Origin: Microcystaceae cyanobacterium
GTDB taxonomy: Bacteria; Cyanobacteriota; Cyanobacteriia; Cyanobacteriales; Microcystaceae
Reading direction: 5' to 3'
Assembly: GCA_041746575.1 (NCBI GenBank)
Contig: JBGTGT010000033.1
Location: 1-20,720 of the forward strand
DNA: 20,720 nucleotides
In this document: positions 8,385 to 17,946 of the stretch, in pieces
Layout of the letters: each line of letters starts with the position of its first letter
Numbering within the stretch: position 1 is the first letter of the stretch
Position numbers and translations under genes: made by a program
Notes under the pieces: model-generated
Database searches by the model: none
The model's input: only the letters and a program-made list of their open reading frames with translations
Told to the model about the DNA's origin: nothing

Positions 8385-8689
8385 CGTTGTGTTTAGTCAA
8401 TAAAATGGGTAATTAATTGCTTTGGTTCTCCTCCAAAAATAAATTAATTCTTAATTTTTTTCCTCTTTCTTTAGTAAGAACTCAACTTATATTTATCATA
8501 CATAATGTTAATTTTTGGGACTCAAAAACAATTAATCGTCTGTGATATCCAAGATGTTTCGATTTCGGATTAAACAAGATGAGACTTAACTTAATTGCCA
8601 TTAATTAAGGGTAAGACCATTAGAAAATCCTACCCTCAATTCTTCAAGTTCAATGTGTGACAGAAACAACTTCCCTTTTGACCTTTATC

Positions 8690-10567
8690 CTATAACTTTG
8701 CGCCACAGGAAGGACAGAAATTGTTAAGCGTTGAATTAATCGTACCGCAATGATAACAGGGCAAACTTTCAGGTTGATTGTTGTCTGCTTGCCGCTCAGG
8801 AATTCCAATCATTTGGGCATTACTTTTACCCGGTGCCACCATCGGATAACAGTTTTCATTGCGAGTGACATGGACGTCCAAAATCGCGGCTCCATCGTAG
8901 GCTAACATTTGCGCAATTGCCTCCGCTAATTCTGAGCGATGATGTACCGTAATGCCTTTAATGCCATAAGCTTGAGCCAATAATTCAATATTAGGCATTC
9001 CCACTTCCATGTTGGAAGACGAATAGCGTTTATCGTAGAAGGTTTCTTGCCATTGCCGCACCATGCCCTGCCAACCATTGTTAATGATCACCGTTTTGGC
9101 TGCAATTTTATATTGAGCAAGCGTCGCTAACTCCTGTAAAGTCATCTGGAAACTGGCATCTCCGCTAATGCAAATTACCTCTTCGTGGGGTAAAGCCACT
9201 TTTGCTCCCATTGCCGCCGGAACACCAAATCCCATCGTACCTAAACCTGCACTGGAAATCCAACGACGAGGCCCATTTTTCAAGAATTGCGCCGCCCACA
9301 TTTGATGTTGTCCGACATCAGTCGTATAGTAGGCATGGGGAGCTTGACGTCCCACTTCCACAATCACTTCTTGAGGGGATAGCGCACCTTCGGGATGGGG
9401 AACAATGAGGGGATACTCTTCACGCCAACGAGCAATGCGCTGTAACCAAGGAACCGTGCGTTCTAAATAGGTAGGATAATTGAGTTCCTGCATACGATGG
9501 AGCAGTTGTTCAAGGACACAACGCACATCCCCCACAATCGGCACCTCTGGCACCCGATTTTTACCTACCTCCGCGGGGTCGATGTCAATATGAATCACTT
9601 TTGCTGAGGACGCAAATTCATCCAGTTTCCCTGTTACTCGGTCATCGAATCTCGCTCCCACGGCAATTAGTAAATCACATTCACTCACCGCAAAGTTAGC
9701 ATAAGCCGTTCCGTGCATTCCTAACATGCCAACCGACAAGGGATGATGTTCGTCAAATGCCCCAATCCCCATTAACGTTGTTGTCACCGGCAGTTGAAAC
9801 CGTTCAGCGAGTTCGGCGACTTGGGTGTGAGCGTTAGCGGCGATCGCTCCTCCTCCGACGTAAAGCAAGGGACGTTCCGCTTGTTCAATCAATTCTAAGG
9901 CGGCGTTAATTTGACGAGGATTTCCCTTAACTGTCGGACGATAACCCGTTAATTTGACTGTTCCGGGTTCAACGGGCATATAATCGCATTCTTCGGCTCC
10001 AACATCTTTGGGAATATCAATTAACACCGGTCCTGGCCGTCCGGTACTGGCAATATGAAAAGCTTCTGCCACAATGTGCGCCATATCCGAGGCGGAACGC
10101 ACCACATAGGAATGTTTGACAATCGGTAGCGTAATGCCAAAAATATCGGTTTCTTGGAACGCATCACTGCCGATAACATGGCGAGGCACTTGACCTGTAA
10201 TCACCAACATCGGAATCGAATCCATATGAGCCGTGGCAATCCCCGTGACTAAATTGGTCGCACCGGGGCCGGATGTGCCAAAGCAAACCCCCACTTTGCC
10301 GGTGGCACGGGCGTAACCATCTGCCGCATGAGAGGCACCCTGTTCATGCCTAACTAAGATGTGTTGGATGTTGCCCTTGGCTTCTGCCCGATACAGTTCG
10401 TCATAAATCGGGAGAATAGCCCCCCCCGGATAACCAAAAATATGCTGAACCCCATGACGGACTAAGCTGTCAATTAAAACATAGGCACCTGTCTGCCTTT
10501 GGGGGGTTGTTGTTAAAGCTAGGGTCGGTTTGGATATTGAAGAAACCACTTGTATAATACCGTCCAA
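8690..10567 (-). CDS. ilvB: Acetolactate synthase large (catalytic) subunit with C-terminal zinc ribbon
   Basis: [48 protein letters not shown] motif GDASFQM...[12 protein letters not shown]. Start uncertain (TTG 10567 or GTG 10549). Confidence 0.95.
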   Translation of the reverse strand: MDGIIQVVSSISKPTLALTTTPQRQTGAYVLIDSLVRHGVQHIFGYPGGAILPIYDELYRAEAKGNIQHILVRHEQGASHAADGYARATGKVGVCFGTSGPGATNLVTGIATAHMDSIPMLVITGQVPRHVIGSDAFQETDIFGITLPIVKHSYVVRSASDMAHIVAEAFHIASTGRPGPVLIDIPKDVGAEECDYMPVEPGTVKLTGYRPTVKGNPRQINAALELIEQAERPLLYVGGGAIAANAHTQVAELAERFQLPVTTTLMGIGAFDEHHPLSVGMLGMHGTAYANFAVSECDLLIAVGARFDDRVTGKLDEFASSAKVIHIDIDPAEVGKNRVPEVPIVGDVRCVLEQLLHRMQELNYPTYLERTVPWLQRIARWREEYPLIVPHPEGALSPQEVIVEVGRQAPHAYYTTDVGQHQMWAAQFLKNGPRRWISSAGLGTMGFGVPAAMGAKVALPHEEVICISGDASFQMTLQELATLAQYKIAAKTVIINNGWQGMVRQWQETFYDKRYSSSNMEVGMPNIELLAQAYGIKGITVHHRSELAEAIAQMLAYDGAAILDVHVTRNENCYPMVAPGKSNAQMIGIPERQADNNQPESLPCYHCGTINSTLNNFCPSCGAKL

Positions 10568-10857
10568 ATAATCGCTACTACTTAGAATTGTAATTTTGTT
10601 GTCTATGATGCAACAAAAAAAATTACAAAATTGATAAACTATCAGATTATTTAGTTTAAACGATTTGGCAAACTGAAAGAGATAAAAGCTTAAAAAAAAG
10701 ACTTTTCAGAAAATTCAGCTTATTGAACTGGTTTTTAAGGGTTTATTGCCTTCAATTGTTAAGCTCATTGACGAAAAGACACCCTTAGAACAATTTTCGC
10801 CAAAAAGCAAATTTCAAGGTTTACACACATTTTTCAGCGGTCGGTTAGGGGGATATT

Positions 10858-11829
10858 TTACGAATTAACGGGTGTTCGTAATAAAATAATCATTTGTTGA
10901 CCAACTACGGGACTGCGCGCCACTAGTTGACCGTCTTTATCTCGCAAATCTAGCTTTTGGAAGTCTAAATTCTGGGCTTTTTGCCAAATTCCTTTAGCAA
11001 CATCATTCTGTCGTGCTACTCGTAACTGATACCAATCATCCCCCAATACTACGATTAAATAATTTTCCGCAAAATTCGCTTCAATCGAATCAATCAATCC
11101 CTCTGGATAACGACTGGTAATATCGGCAATATCGGCTTGAACGGCTTGAATTAAGCGTTGTTCAGGAGAAACTTGCGGTTCAGGGGGCGGTTCCAATAAA
11201 ATCGCTTGCGGTGGTTCGGGCGATTCTAGTTCTGCCGGGGTTTCAATTTCAGTTTGTGTTTCACCTTCAGGGGAAGGTATCGGTAAAACCTCGGCCATTT
11301 CCTGCCGATTCGGCGCAATTAGCAACACTGCCCAGATAATCACCCCAGCTATAATCCCGCCGACAATAGTGGTCAAAACGCCATCTGATAGTTTCTGGTT
11401 AATCCCTGTCGGTAAAATACCTCGTATTGGCGTCAAAATCTTTTGAAATAAGCTTTTTTCCTTATCTTTTCTTTTTCCTATCGGTTGCGTTATCGGAATT
11501 TCCGTATCTTCTAAAACCGGCGGAGAAGAGGCACGGGAAGGTTCTGTGGGAATTTCAGCCGCATCTTCAATAAACTCATCAAATTCGGCATAAGCTTTGT
11601 CTAAATTTTCTCGTAATTCTGTTTCTTTATCCGTTTTTAGGCCGGACAATGAGGGATTAAGGGACAGATTAAGATGGGTCACCGTTTCCTGTAACCGTTG
11701 CAAGTAAGTTACAGACGGTAAGGTTTCTATCGGTTCACGGTTGAGCTTAACGACTAATTGCTGTAATTGTTCGATGGTTTGCTGAAGTTGTTCAGCAAAG
11801 GCTTGTGGTGATAACGATTCGTCTGACAT
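10858..11829 (-). CDS. Conserved cyanobacterial single-pass membrane hypothetical protein
   Basis: 323-aa ORF: coiled-coil N-terminus, acidic/Pro-rich linkers, one TM (VLTTIVGGIIAGVIIWAVLLI), C-terminal domain with PEQ.LI, DDWY, ARSPVVG. Confidence 0.75.
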   Translation of the reverse strand: MSDESLSPQAFAEQLQQTIEQLQQLVVKLNREPIETLPSVTYLQRLQETVTHLNLSLNPSLSGLKTDKETELRENLDKAYAEFDEFIEDAAEIPTEPSRASSPPVLEDTEIPITQPIGKRKDKEKSLFQKILTPIRGILPTGINQKLSDGVLTTIVGGIIAGVIIWAVLLIAPNRQEMAEVLPIPSPEGETQTEIETPAELESPEPPQAILLEPPPEPQVSPEQRLIQAVQADIADITSRYPEGLIDSIEANFAENYLIVVLGDDWYQLRVARQNDVAKGIWQKAQNLDFQKLDLRDKDGQLVARSPVVGQQMIILLRTPVNS

Positions 11830-11884
11830 GAATTTTTAACCTTATAGTCCCCCTTTCAACCCCTCATTTTACCGCAAAACCTCC

Positions 11885-12433
11885 CTATGACATGAGTTGA
11901 TCAAGGCGTTCTAAGACCTTTACACTGTGAATAGCCGGTCGTACCGCCAGAAATCGTTCTCTTAAAATACCATCAGGATCAATAAGATAGGTATGGCGAA
12001 GTGACATTACCCCCAACCATGAACGGTAAGCTCTACTCACTTCTCCCGTTGTATCAGCCAATAAGGGAAATTTCAACCCCTCAGAATCGCAAAATTCGGC
12101 ATGAGAATCCACATCATCTACACTAACCCCCAGAATCTGCGCATTTCTGGCTTGGTATTTTGCCAAATCCTGCTGAAAACGTTTCGCTTCAAGAGTGCAA
12201 CCTGATGTAAAGTCCTGCGGATAGAAATATAAAACCACCCACTGACCCCGATAGTCAGATAAGCTAATCTTACCGTCTCCTGTATTGGTAGGAAGCGTAA
12301 ATTCGGGTGCAGGCTCATTCAAGGGCAATTGTATCCCACCTAACGCTAAAACAGGCGCAATTCTCCCTAATCCTTGTACAAAAGTTAAAGCGATCGCTAA
12401 AATTAGACTGAGTAAATAACGACGAGAAACCAT
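11885..12433 (-). CDS. bcp: Peroxiredoxin Q / Bcp with N-terminal export signal
   Basis: APEFTLP, VVLYFYPQDFTSGCTLEA (PxxxTxxC), ILGVSVD, FPLLAD, RHTYLIDPDG; SRRYLL signal peptide with VLA cleavage site. Confidence 0.9.
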   Translation of the reverse strand: MVSRRYLLSLILAIALTFVQGLGRIAPVLALGGIQLPLNEPAPEFTLPTNTGDGKISLSDYRGQWVVLYFYPQDFTSGCTLEAKRFQQDLAKYQARNAQILGVSVDDVDSHAEFCDSEGLKFPLLADTTGEVSRAYRSWLGVMSLRHTYLIDPDGILRERFLAVRPAIHSVKVLERLDQLMS

Positions 12434-12653
12434 AACCGTAAACTGTAAACCATAACCAGTTATTAGTTTAACAGTGACCTGTTTCCCTAAAGGATAAAAA
12501 ATTTTCCTGAAATTAATGAATTTGTGTCTCTAAGATACCTGTCAATCCCTCTTAAGGCTTAAATCTTGCTTTTTCATTCTTACTTTCCCAACCCGTTATC
12601 AGTAAACCCGAACTGACGTAAAATAAAAATACCTAGGCTAAAAATGGACATCA

Positions 12654-13841
12654 ATGCAAATTTATCTTGATTATAGTGCCACCACCCCCCCTCGCCCTGA
12701 AGTGATTGCGACGGTTGAAACCCATCTCAGGAAACAGTGGGGCAATCCATCCAGCCTGCACGCTTGGGGAGAAAGAGCGGCGATTGCGCTTGAAACAGCA
12801 CGATTTCAAGTTGCCCGTCTAATTAATGCTCCTAACCCTGATACCCTCTTTTTTACCTCTGGGGGAACAGAAGCCGATAATTGGGCAATTATGGGGATTG
12901 CTCGTCAATATACTACGCCTCAGCATCTCATTATCTCTCAGGTCGAACATTCAGCCATTAGTGAACCGGTTCACCAATTAGAAAGGGAAGGATGGAAAAT
13001 TACGCGCCTACCCGTTAATTCTCAAGGCAGAGTGAATCCGTTAGATCTAAAAACAGCGATTCGATCCAATACCGTTTTAATTTCTATTATTTACGGGCAA
13101 AGTGAAGTAGGAACGCTTCAACCCATCGAAAAACTAGGGATGATTGCCCAATCCTATGGTATTCCTTTTCATACCGATGCCGTACAAGTAGCCGGACGCC
13201 TACCTCTCGATGTCCAACAACTGCCGATTGATTTGCTTTCCCTATCCAGTCACAAAATTTATGGTATTCAAGGGGCGGGGGCGTTATATGTGCGAGAAGG
13301 AGTCAATTTATTGCCTTTGCTCGCTGGGGGAGGACAAGAACGACAATTACGCTCTGGAACTCAAGCAGTTGCTCCTATTGCCGGCTTTGGAGTGGCCGCC
13401 GAATGGGCATTACGAGAAATGGCTACCGAAGGACAACGTTTAAGAGACTTAAGAGATCGTTTGTTTGCTCAATTGAGGGATTGCCCCTATTTACAACCCA
13501 CAGGGGACAGAATTTATCGCTTGCCCCATCATGTCAGTTTCATCGTTCGTCATCCTCAGTATGTAGGCTTTAAATCTACAATTACCGGAAAAACACTGGT
13601 TCGTCAGTTAAATTTAGCTGGAATTGGCATCAGTGCAGGATCGGCCTGTCATAGTGGTCAACTCAGTCCTAGTTCCATACTACAAGCAATGGGCTATGGG
13701 GATAATGAAGCATTAGGAGGAATTCGACTCACTTTAGGACGAGATACTACGCTAGAAGATATAGATTGGACAGCAATGGTCTTAAAACAAATATTAAACC
13801 GATTATTTACTTATTCTAAAACAGCGATCGCCCTTTCTTGA
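12654..13841 (+). CDS. iscS: Cysteine desulfurase (IscS/NifS group I)
   Basis: IYLDYSATTP, GNPSSLH, FTSGGTEADN, HTDAVQ, PLP Lys in SSHKIYG, catalytic Cys in SAGSACHS. Confidence 0.9.
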   Translation: MQIYLDYSATTPPRPEVIATVETHLRKQWGNPSSLHAWGERAAIALETARFQVARLINAPNPDTLFFTSGGTEADNWAIMGIARQYTTPQHLIISQVEHSAISEPVHQLEREGWKITRLPVNSQGRVNPLDLKTAIRSNTVLISIIYGQSEVGTLQPIEKLGMIAQSYGIPFHTDAVQVAGRLPLDVQQLPIDLLSLSSHKIYGIQGAGALYVREGVNLLPLLAGGGQERQLRSGTQAVAPIAGFGVAAEWALREMATEGQRLRDLRDRLFAQLRDCPYLQPTGDRIYRLPHHVSFIVRHPQYVGFKSTITGKTLVRQLNLAGIGISAGSACHSGQLSPSSILQAMGYGDNEALGGIRLTLGRDTTLEDIDWTAMVLKQILNRLFTYSKTAIALS

Positions 13842-14073
13842 CCGTAAATTTTGACGCCCTATCTTATCATTACTTCACGTGACTTTAAGGAACTTTACAA
13901 AAAAAGACGGTTAGAGAGTTCCTGATCGGGGTTTTCACAAATTCTTTACTAAAGTTCACCAAGATTTTTAATAATTGCTTAAGAATATTGTCAATGGCGT
14001 TTAAAAAGACCTGATAGATTTATCCTAGAAATAGGAAAAACCTAGTTTTGCAATTAACAAGGAGAAGACCGTT

Positions 14074-14346
14074 GTGTCTAACTTGTCGCGGTCACTTTTA
14101 TTTAGTCTTGTTGTCTGTTTTGTTATTCCCTTATTGGGGATCATAACGCTTTGGATAATGCTATGGGGAATGGCCTGTTTGCCGGGCGTTGAATTCATTG
14201 GGCAAATGGGAATAGATGGACTGAAAAATGTCCTAACCGTTTTTGGCGGTGGCTATCCTTTGCAGGGTTTAACTATTATTGGGATTACCTGTAGCACTGT
14301 TGGATGCTTATTTGATCTATATAATTTTTATCTCTATCAAGGGTAA
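14074..14346 (+). CDS. Small membrane hypothetical protein (90 aa)
   Basis: GTG start preceded by SD-like AAGGAG; two hydrophobic segments; LTVFGGG.PLQGL..IG.TC..VG.LFD.Y pattern resembles a conserved cyanobacterial small protein. Confidence 0.65.
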   Translation: MSNLSRSLLFSLVVCFVIPLLGIITLWIMLWGMACLPGVEFIGQMGIDGLKNVLTVFGGGYPLQGLTIIGITCSTVGCLFDLYNFYLYQG

Positions 14347-14352
14347 AAATAA

Positions 14353-14425
14353 TGGAGCTAAGCGGACTCGAACCGCTGACTTTCACAATGCCATTGTGAC
14401 ACTCTACCAACTGAGTTATAGCCCC
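14353..14425 (-). tRNA. tRNA-Ala(GGC)
   Basis: Revcomp GGGGCTATAACTCAGTTGGTAGAGTGTCACAATGGCATTGTGAAAGTCAGCGGTTCGAGTCCGCTTAGCTCCA; 73 nt, G3:U70 Ala identity pair, anticodon GGC, TTCGA T-loop, CCA not encoded. Confidence 0.97.
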
Positions 14426-14441
14426 GTATAGTGCATATACC

Positions 14442-14470
14442 ATCCTATCTCATTATTTAACCCATGTCAA
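14442..14470 (-). promoter_or_regulatory. Sigma70-type promoter of tRNA-Ala
   Basis: Minus strand TTGACA (14470-14465), 17 bp spacer, TAGGAT (14447-14442); 16 nt upstream of the mature tRNA 5' end. Confidence 0.75.
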
Positions 14471-14588
14471 GCTCAAAAATGAGCGATCGCTTAGTTGCCT
14501 TTAGTCATGCCCGTGTTGTCCCAAAGCTCTCAATCAAAACGAAAGATAGGGGCATAATTCATAGACATACCCCTAAAATTCTGAGAAT

Positions 14589-16706
14589 TTAAACCGTTGT
14601 TGTTCCGTGATAAGGACGAGTTAACTTGTCTAATTGCTGACTCAACAAACTGAGGAATAACCCGACATCCGTTACCACGCCAACGGATTCCACAGAACCG
14701 CGATCGCTTAACTTGGTCACAACGGCAGGATTGATGTCGACACAAACCATTTTCACGCCGGCAGGTGTCATATTTCCGACCCCAATTGAGTGTAACATGG
14801 TGGATAGCATCAAAATCATATCTGCGCCTTGAATTAAGTCTGCATAATGCGCTTGTGCTTTCAATAAGTCCATTTCTGTATCCGGCAAGGGGCCATCATC
14901 CCGAATCGAACCCGCTAAAGCGAAAGGAACGTTATTTTTCACGCATTCATACATCACCCCTTTAGTAATTGCTCCCGCCTCAACAGCCTTGGTAATACTA
15001 CCGTAACGACGGACGATATTAATCACCTTAAGATGATGACGATGACCGCCCCGAACCGGAATCCCTCGCTGCATATCTACCCCCAAAGACGTTCCCATTA
15101 ACGCTTGCTCAATATCGTGAACTGCAATGGCATTCCCCCCTAAGAGTCCGTGGACGTAACCTTCTCGGACTAAACGGGAAAGATGTTGCGCTCCACCCGT
15201 ATGAATGACTACTGGACCTGCTGTTACGAGAACTTTGCCGGATTGATCTCGAATTTTGCGCATTTCCCAAGCAATTTGTTCGACGATGAGTTCGACGCGC
15301 CGCTCACTGGATACGCCTGCCCCCATAAAGGTGAATTCTTGGGGACTATTACGTTGTTCTCGCGACTCCGCCTGACGAACCGTCCGAATTCCTTCCACTC
15401 CTACCATGATGCGATCGCCTTGTTGAAGGTCTCGCAGTAAGCAACAGGTTGCGGTGATTCCTTGAGGGGCATCTTTAACCACAATTGCCCCATCCATGCG
15501 TTGGTTCTGCACTTTTACCCATTCGCAGTTAACGCGCACTTCTGTGGGATAAATAGTCGTCACATAAAAGTCATCAGGAGCAACCCCGTCTTGAACGACC
15601 ACTTCGGTATTGACATCACAAATCTCCTGCGGACGTGCCACCGCACCGAGATCAATCAATTCAATCATAATCTCTTCCATCACCGCATGAGAGGGTGCAG
15701 ACACTCGTATTTCTGCGGATGAGGTACTTTGTCGTTCAATGCCGAGATTAAAGTTAAGGACGCGGAAACTGCCCCCATTGTCCGCAACTAAATCAAGGGC
15801 TTTATTCATGATCCCCGCATCTAAGAGATGACCTTGCATTTGTACGACCCGACTTTCAACAGGAATATTAGCGTGGACATCTTCTACAACCGGTTCAGTC
15901 ACCCGCAAGGTTAAGCATTTTGCGGCCCCACCTGCTTTGAGAAATTCCGTGAGGGGGGTTTCAACCACTTCAAAGCCCGCTTGAGAAAGTTTTTCCCGCA
16001 AACCATCGCTAATTTGATTCATGACGATGATTTTATCAATGTTAACGGCATTACACGCAAAGACAATTGCGTCGGGTTCATCTACGGTAATACGCTTTTC
16101 GGGGGGAACTTTCAGTTCGATCAGACGATTAGAATAAGCGTCAAAAGCAGGAGGATAATAAAGTAAATATCCATCTTTTAGGGGACAAAAGCAGGTATCA
16201 AGATGATAGAAGCGTTCATCAATTAATCGGAGGGATAATACTTCAACATCTAACCATTTTGCGATATAATTATGAGAATCTAATTCGGAACGAAAGCCAT
16301 ATCCCGCCCATAACCATCTCCCTTCTCGGTCAAAAAGCGCATCTCCTGCTCCTTCAAAGGGCAAATCTTTGGGTAATTCATAAACATTAAATCCATTCTC
16401 GGCAAACCACTCTTTGAAGTAGGGTTCTTCTCCCTGACGTTCTTTATGGTAAAAACGACTGAGGACAACGTTATCGCCCAGGACTAACCCCGCATTGGCC
16501 GTAAACACCATATCTGGCCACCCTTTTTGAGGGGGAACTAAATTAATGATCGCTCGGTCTTTGATGGCATAGTATAGTTTTTGCCATTGTTCCACCGCTT
16601 GCGTCTGAGAGGATTTGTGAATATTGCCTTCCATCCACGGGTTAATCACATAGTCCACGTCATAGTGGTCGGGAGCGCACATCAGAAAACGAATTGATTC
16701 AGTCAT
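14589..16706 (-). CDS. argZ: Bifunctional arginine dihydrolase / ornithine cyclodeaminase ArgZ (AgrE; Sll1336 homolog)
   Basis: N-terminal amidinotransferase fold (YVINPWM, PDMVFTANAG, FEGAGDA, FYHLDTCF, GGAAKCLTL) fused to a TIGR00300-type domain (GHLLD, FYVTT, VSSER, AGSIRDDGPLPD); 705 aa. Confidence 0.92.
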   Translation of the reverse strand: MTESIRFLMCAPDHYDVDYVINPWMEGNIHKSSQTQAVEQWQKLYYAIKDRAIINLVPPQKGWPDMVFTANAGLVLGDNVVLSRFYHKERQGEEPYFKEWFAENGFNVYELPKDLPFEGAGDALFDREGRWLWAGYGFRSELDSHNYIAKWLDVEVLSLRLIDERFYHLDTCFCPLKDGYLLYYPPAFDAYSNRLIELKVPPEKRITVDEPDAIVFACNAVNIDKIIVMNQISDGLREKLSQAGFEVVETPLTEFLKAGGAAKCLTLRVTEPVVEDVHANIPVESRVVQMQGHLLDAGIMNKALDLVADNGGSFRVLNFNLGIERQSTSSAEIRVSAPSHAVMEEIMIELIDLGAVARPQEICDVNTEVVVQDGVAPDDFYVTTIYPTEVRVNCEWVKVQNQRMDGAIVVKDAPQGITATCCLLRDLQQGDRIMVGVEGIRTVRQAESREQRNSPQEFTFMGAGVSSERRVELIVEQIAWEMRKIRDQSGKVLVTAGPVVIHTGGAQHLSRLVREGYVHGLLGGNAIAVHDIEQALMGTSLGVDMQRGIPVRGGHRHHLKVINIVRRYGSITKAVEAGAITKGVMYECVKNNVPFALAGSIRDDGPLPDTEMDLLKAQAHYADLIQGADMILMLSTMLHSIGVGNMTPAGVKMVCVDINPAVVTKLSDRGSVESVGVVTDVGLFLSLLSQQLDKLTRPYHGTTTV

Positions 16707-16866
16707 AACTAGGCTAAATTAGGTCACTAAACAATCTACGGCAATTTAAGGGTTTAACTTCTTATTGCTTGGGTCTCTCTCATCTAGGAATTTTGGGTTT
16801 ATCAAGCCAACACTACATTATATCAGTTTTTTAAAATATTCAATAAGGGATAATGAAGAAAAAGTA

Positions 16867-17868
16867 ATGAATAATTTACCCTCAGTCATGACTGATTCTT
16901 TTTCCTTTGGTAATCCCCTTAGTGTTGCGCCAATGATGGATCGAACAGATCGTCATTTCCGCTATTTTGTCCGTCAAATCACACAAGATACTTTACTTTA
17001 TACAGAAATGATTACCACGGCCGCTATTATACACGGCGATCGCCCTAAATTATTAGATTTCTCTTTAGCAGAAAAACCCTTATCTTTACAAATCGGTGGC
17101 GATAATCCACAAGAATTGGCTGAATGTGCCAAAATCGGAGAAGATTGGGGTTACGACGAGATTAACTTAAATGTGGGTTGTCCTAGTGCGAGAGTGCAAA
17201 GTGGCAATTTTGGTGCGTGTTTGATGGCACATCCTGACTTAGTGGCGCGAGCAGTTCAAGCGATGCAGAAAGCTGTGAGAATACCAGTAACCGTTAAGCA
17301 TCGTATTGGCATTGATGACCAAGATTCTTATGGAGATTTAGCCAATTTTGTGCAAATTGTCTCGGAAGCAGGTTGTCAACGGTTTACCGTTCATGCGCGC
17401 AAAGCATGGTTGCAAGGGTTAAGTCCTAAAGAAAATCGAACCATTCCTCCCCTTCGTTACGAGGATGTCTATCGACTGAAAAGAAACTTTTCTCAGTTAT
17501 TTATTGAGATTAATGGGGAAATTACAACACTAGAAGCAATTAGAAATCATTTATCTCAAGTAGATGGAGTCATGATTGGCCGTGCGGCTTATGATAACCC
17601 CTATTTGTTGGCAACTGTAGATCAAGCTATTTATGGAAAAGGGATTGCTAAACCGACTCGTCATGAGGTCGTTGAACGAATGTTGCCCTATATTGAGCAT
17701 TGGGTGAGTCAAGGAGGAAGATTAAACAGCGTGACGCGTCACATTTTGGAGATTTTTGCAGGACAGCAAGGAACAAAGGCATGGAAGCGTTATATTAGTG
17801 AAAATGGACATAAATCTAACGCAGGGGTTGAAGTCATCGCTAAGGCGTTAAGCTTAGTACCCCGTTGA
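16867..17868 (+). CDS. dusA: tRNA-dihydrouridine(20/20a) synthase DusA
   Basis: SVAPMMDRTDRHFRY, LYTEM, EINLNVGCPS.RVQSG.FGACLM, VTVKHRIG, HARKAWLQGLSPKENRTIPPL, GVMIGRAAY. Start moved from TTG 16765 to ATG 16867 (16888 also possible). Confidence 0.93.
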   Translation: MNNLPSVMTDSFSFGNPLSVAPMMDRTDRHFRYFVRQITQDTLLYTEMITTAAIIHGDRPKLLDFSLAEKPLSLQIGGDNPQELAECAKIGEDWGYDEINLNVGCPSARVQSGNFGACLMAHPDLVARAVQAMQKAVRIPVTVKHRIGIDDQDSYGDLANFVQIVSEAGCQRFTVHARKAWLQGLSPKENRTIPPLRYEDVYRLKRNFSQLFIEINGEITTLEAIRNHLSQVDGVMIGRAAYDNPYLLATVDQAIYGKGIAKPTRHEVVERMLPYIEHWVSQGGRLNSVTRHILEIFAGQQGTKAWKRYISENGHKSNAGVEVIAKALSLVPR

Positions 17869-17946
17869 CTCTGTCTCTAAATCGCTTAAACTAATAATAT
17901 TGAAAAAATCCTTATTACAACTTGATTTTTTATTATTTGCACCCGA

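Larger units (their letters stand above)
390..15418. repeat. HIP1 octamers GCGATCGC (dispersed)
   Basis: Seen at 390, 1545, 2361, 2918, 4877, 9840, 12390, 13824, 14483, 14700, 15411 (manual scan, may be incomplete). Confidence 0.9.

Noticed and set aside
4885..9839. No perfect HIP1 site across most of the tocopherol cluster, as a sign of horizontal transfer
   Set aside because: An equally long HIP1-free stretch covers 15419-20720 in core genes, and hpt itself has a site at 4877.
6403..10567. Two herbicide targets (HPPD and acetolactate synthase) close together, suggesting a resistance island
   Set aside because: IlvB keeps the sensitive residues (GQVP Pro, RFDDR Asp, RQW Trp), hppD is explained by the tocopherol pathway, and a 305-nt gap separates ilvB from vte4.
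15696..15705. TGCAGACACT inside the argZ region matches the first 10 nt of the putative TnpB guide (174-183)
   Set aside because: The match ends at 10 nt, is plausible by chance in 20 kb of double-stranded sequence, and the TAM is unknown; not evidence of self-targeting.
194..16468. Short ORF-track entries antisense to or nested in real genes (194-436, 836-1063, 1562-1759, 3657-3839, 6753-6935, 9202-9408, 12118-12318, 13210-13443, 14530-14745, 14765-14965, 15183-15440, 15462-15722, 15981-16166, 16280-16468)
   Set aside because: They overlap well-supported genes and show no recognisable motifs; treated as shadow ORFs.
17506..17526. DusA has INGEI instead of the more usual INGGI
   Set aside because: NGDI/NGEI occur in other Dus family members and the catalytic Cys (GCPS) is intact; no evidence of inactivation.
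14353..17868. tRNA-Ala and dusA as integration hotspots for genomic islands
   Set aside because: No integrase and no duplicated tRNA 3' end or dusA fragment seen in the window.
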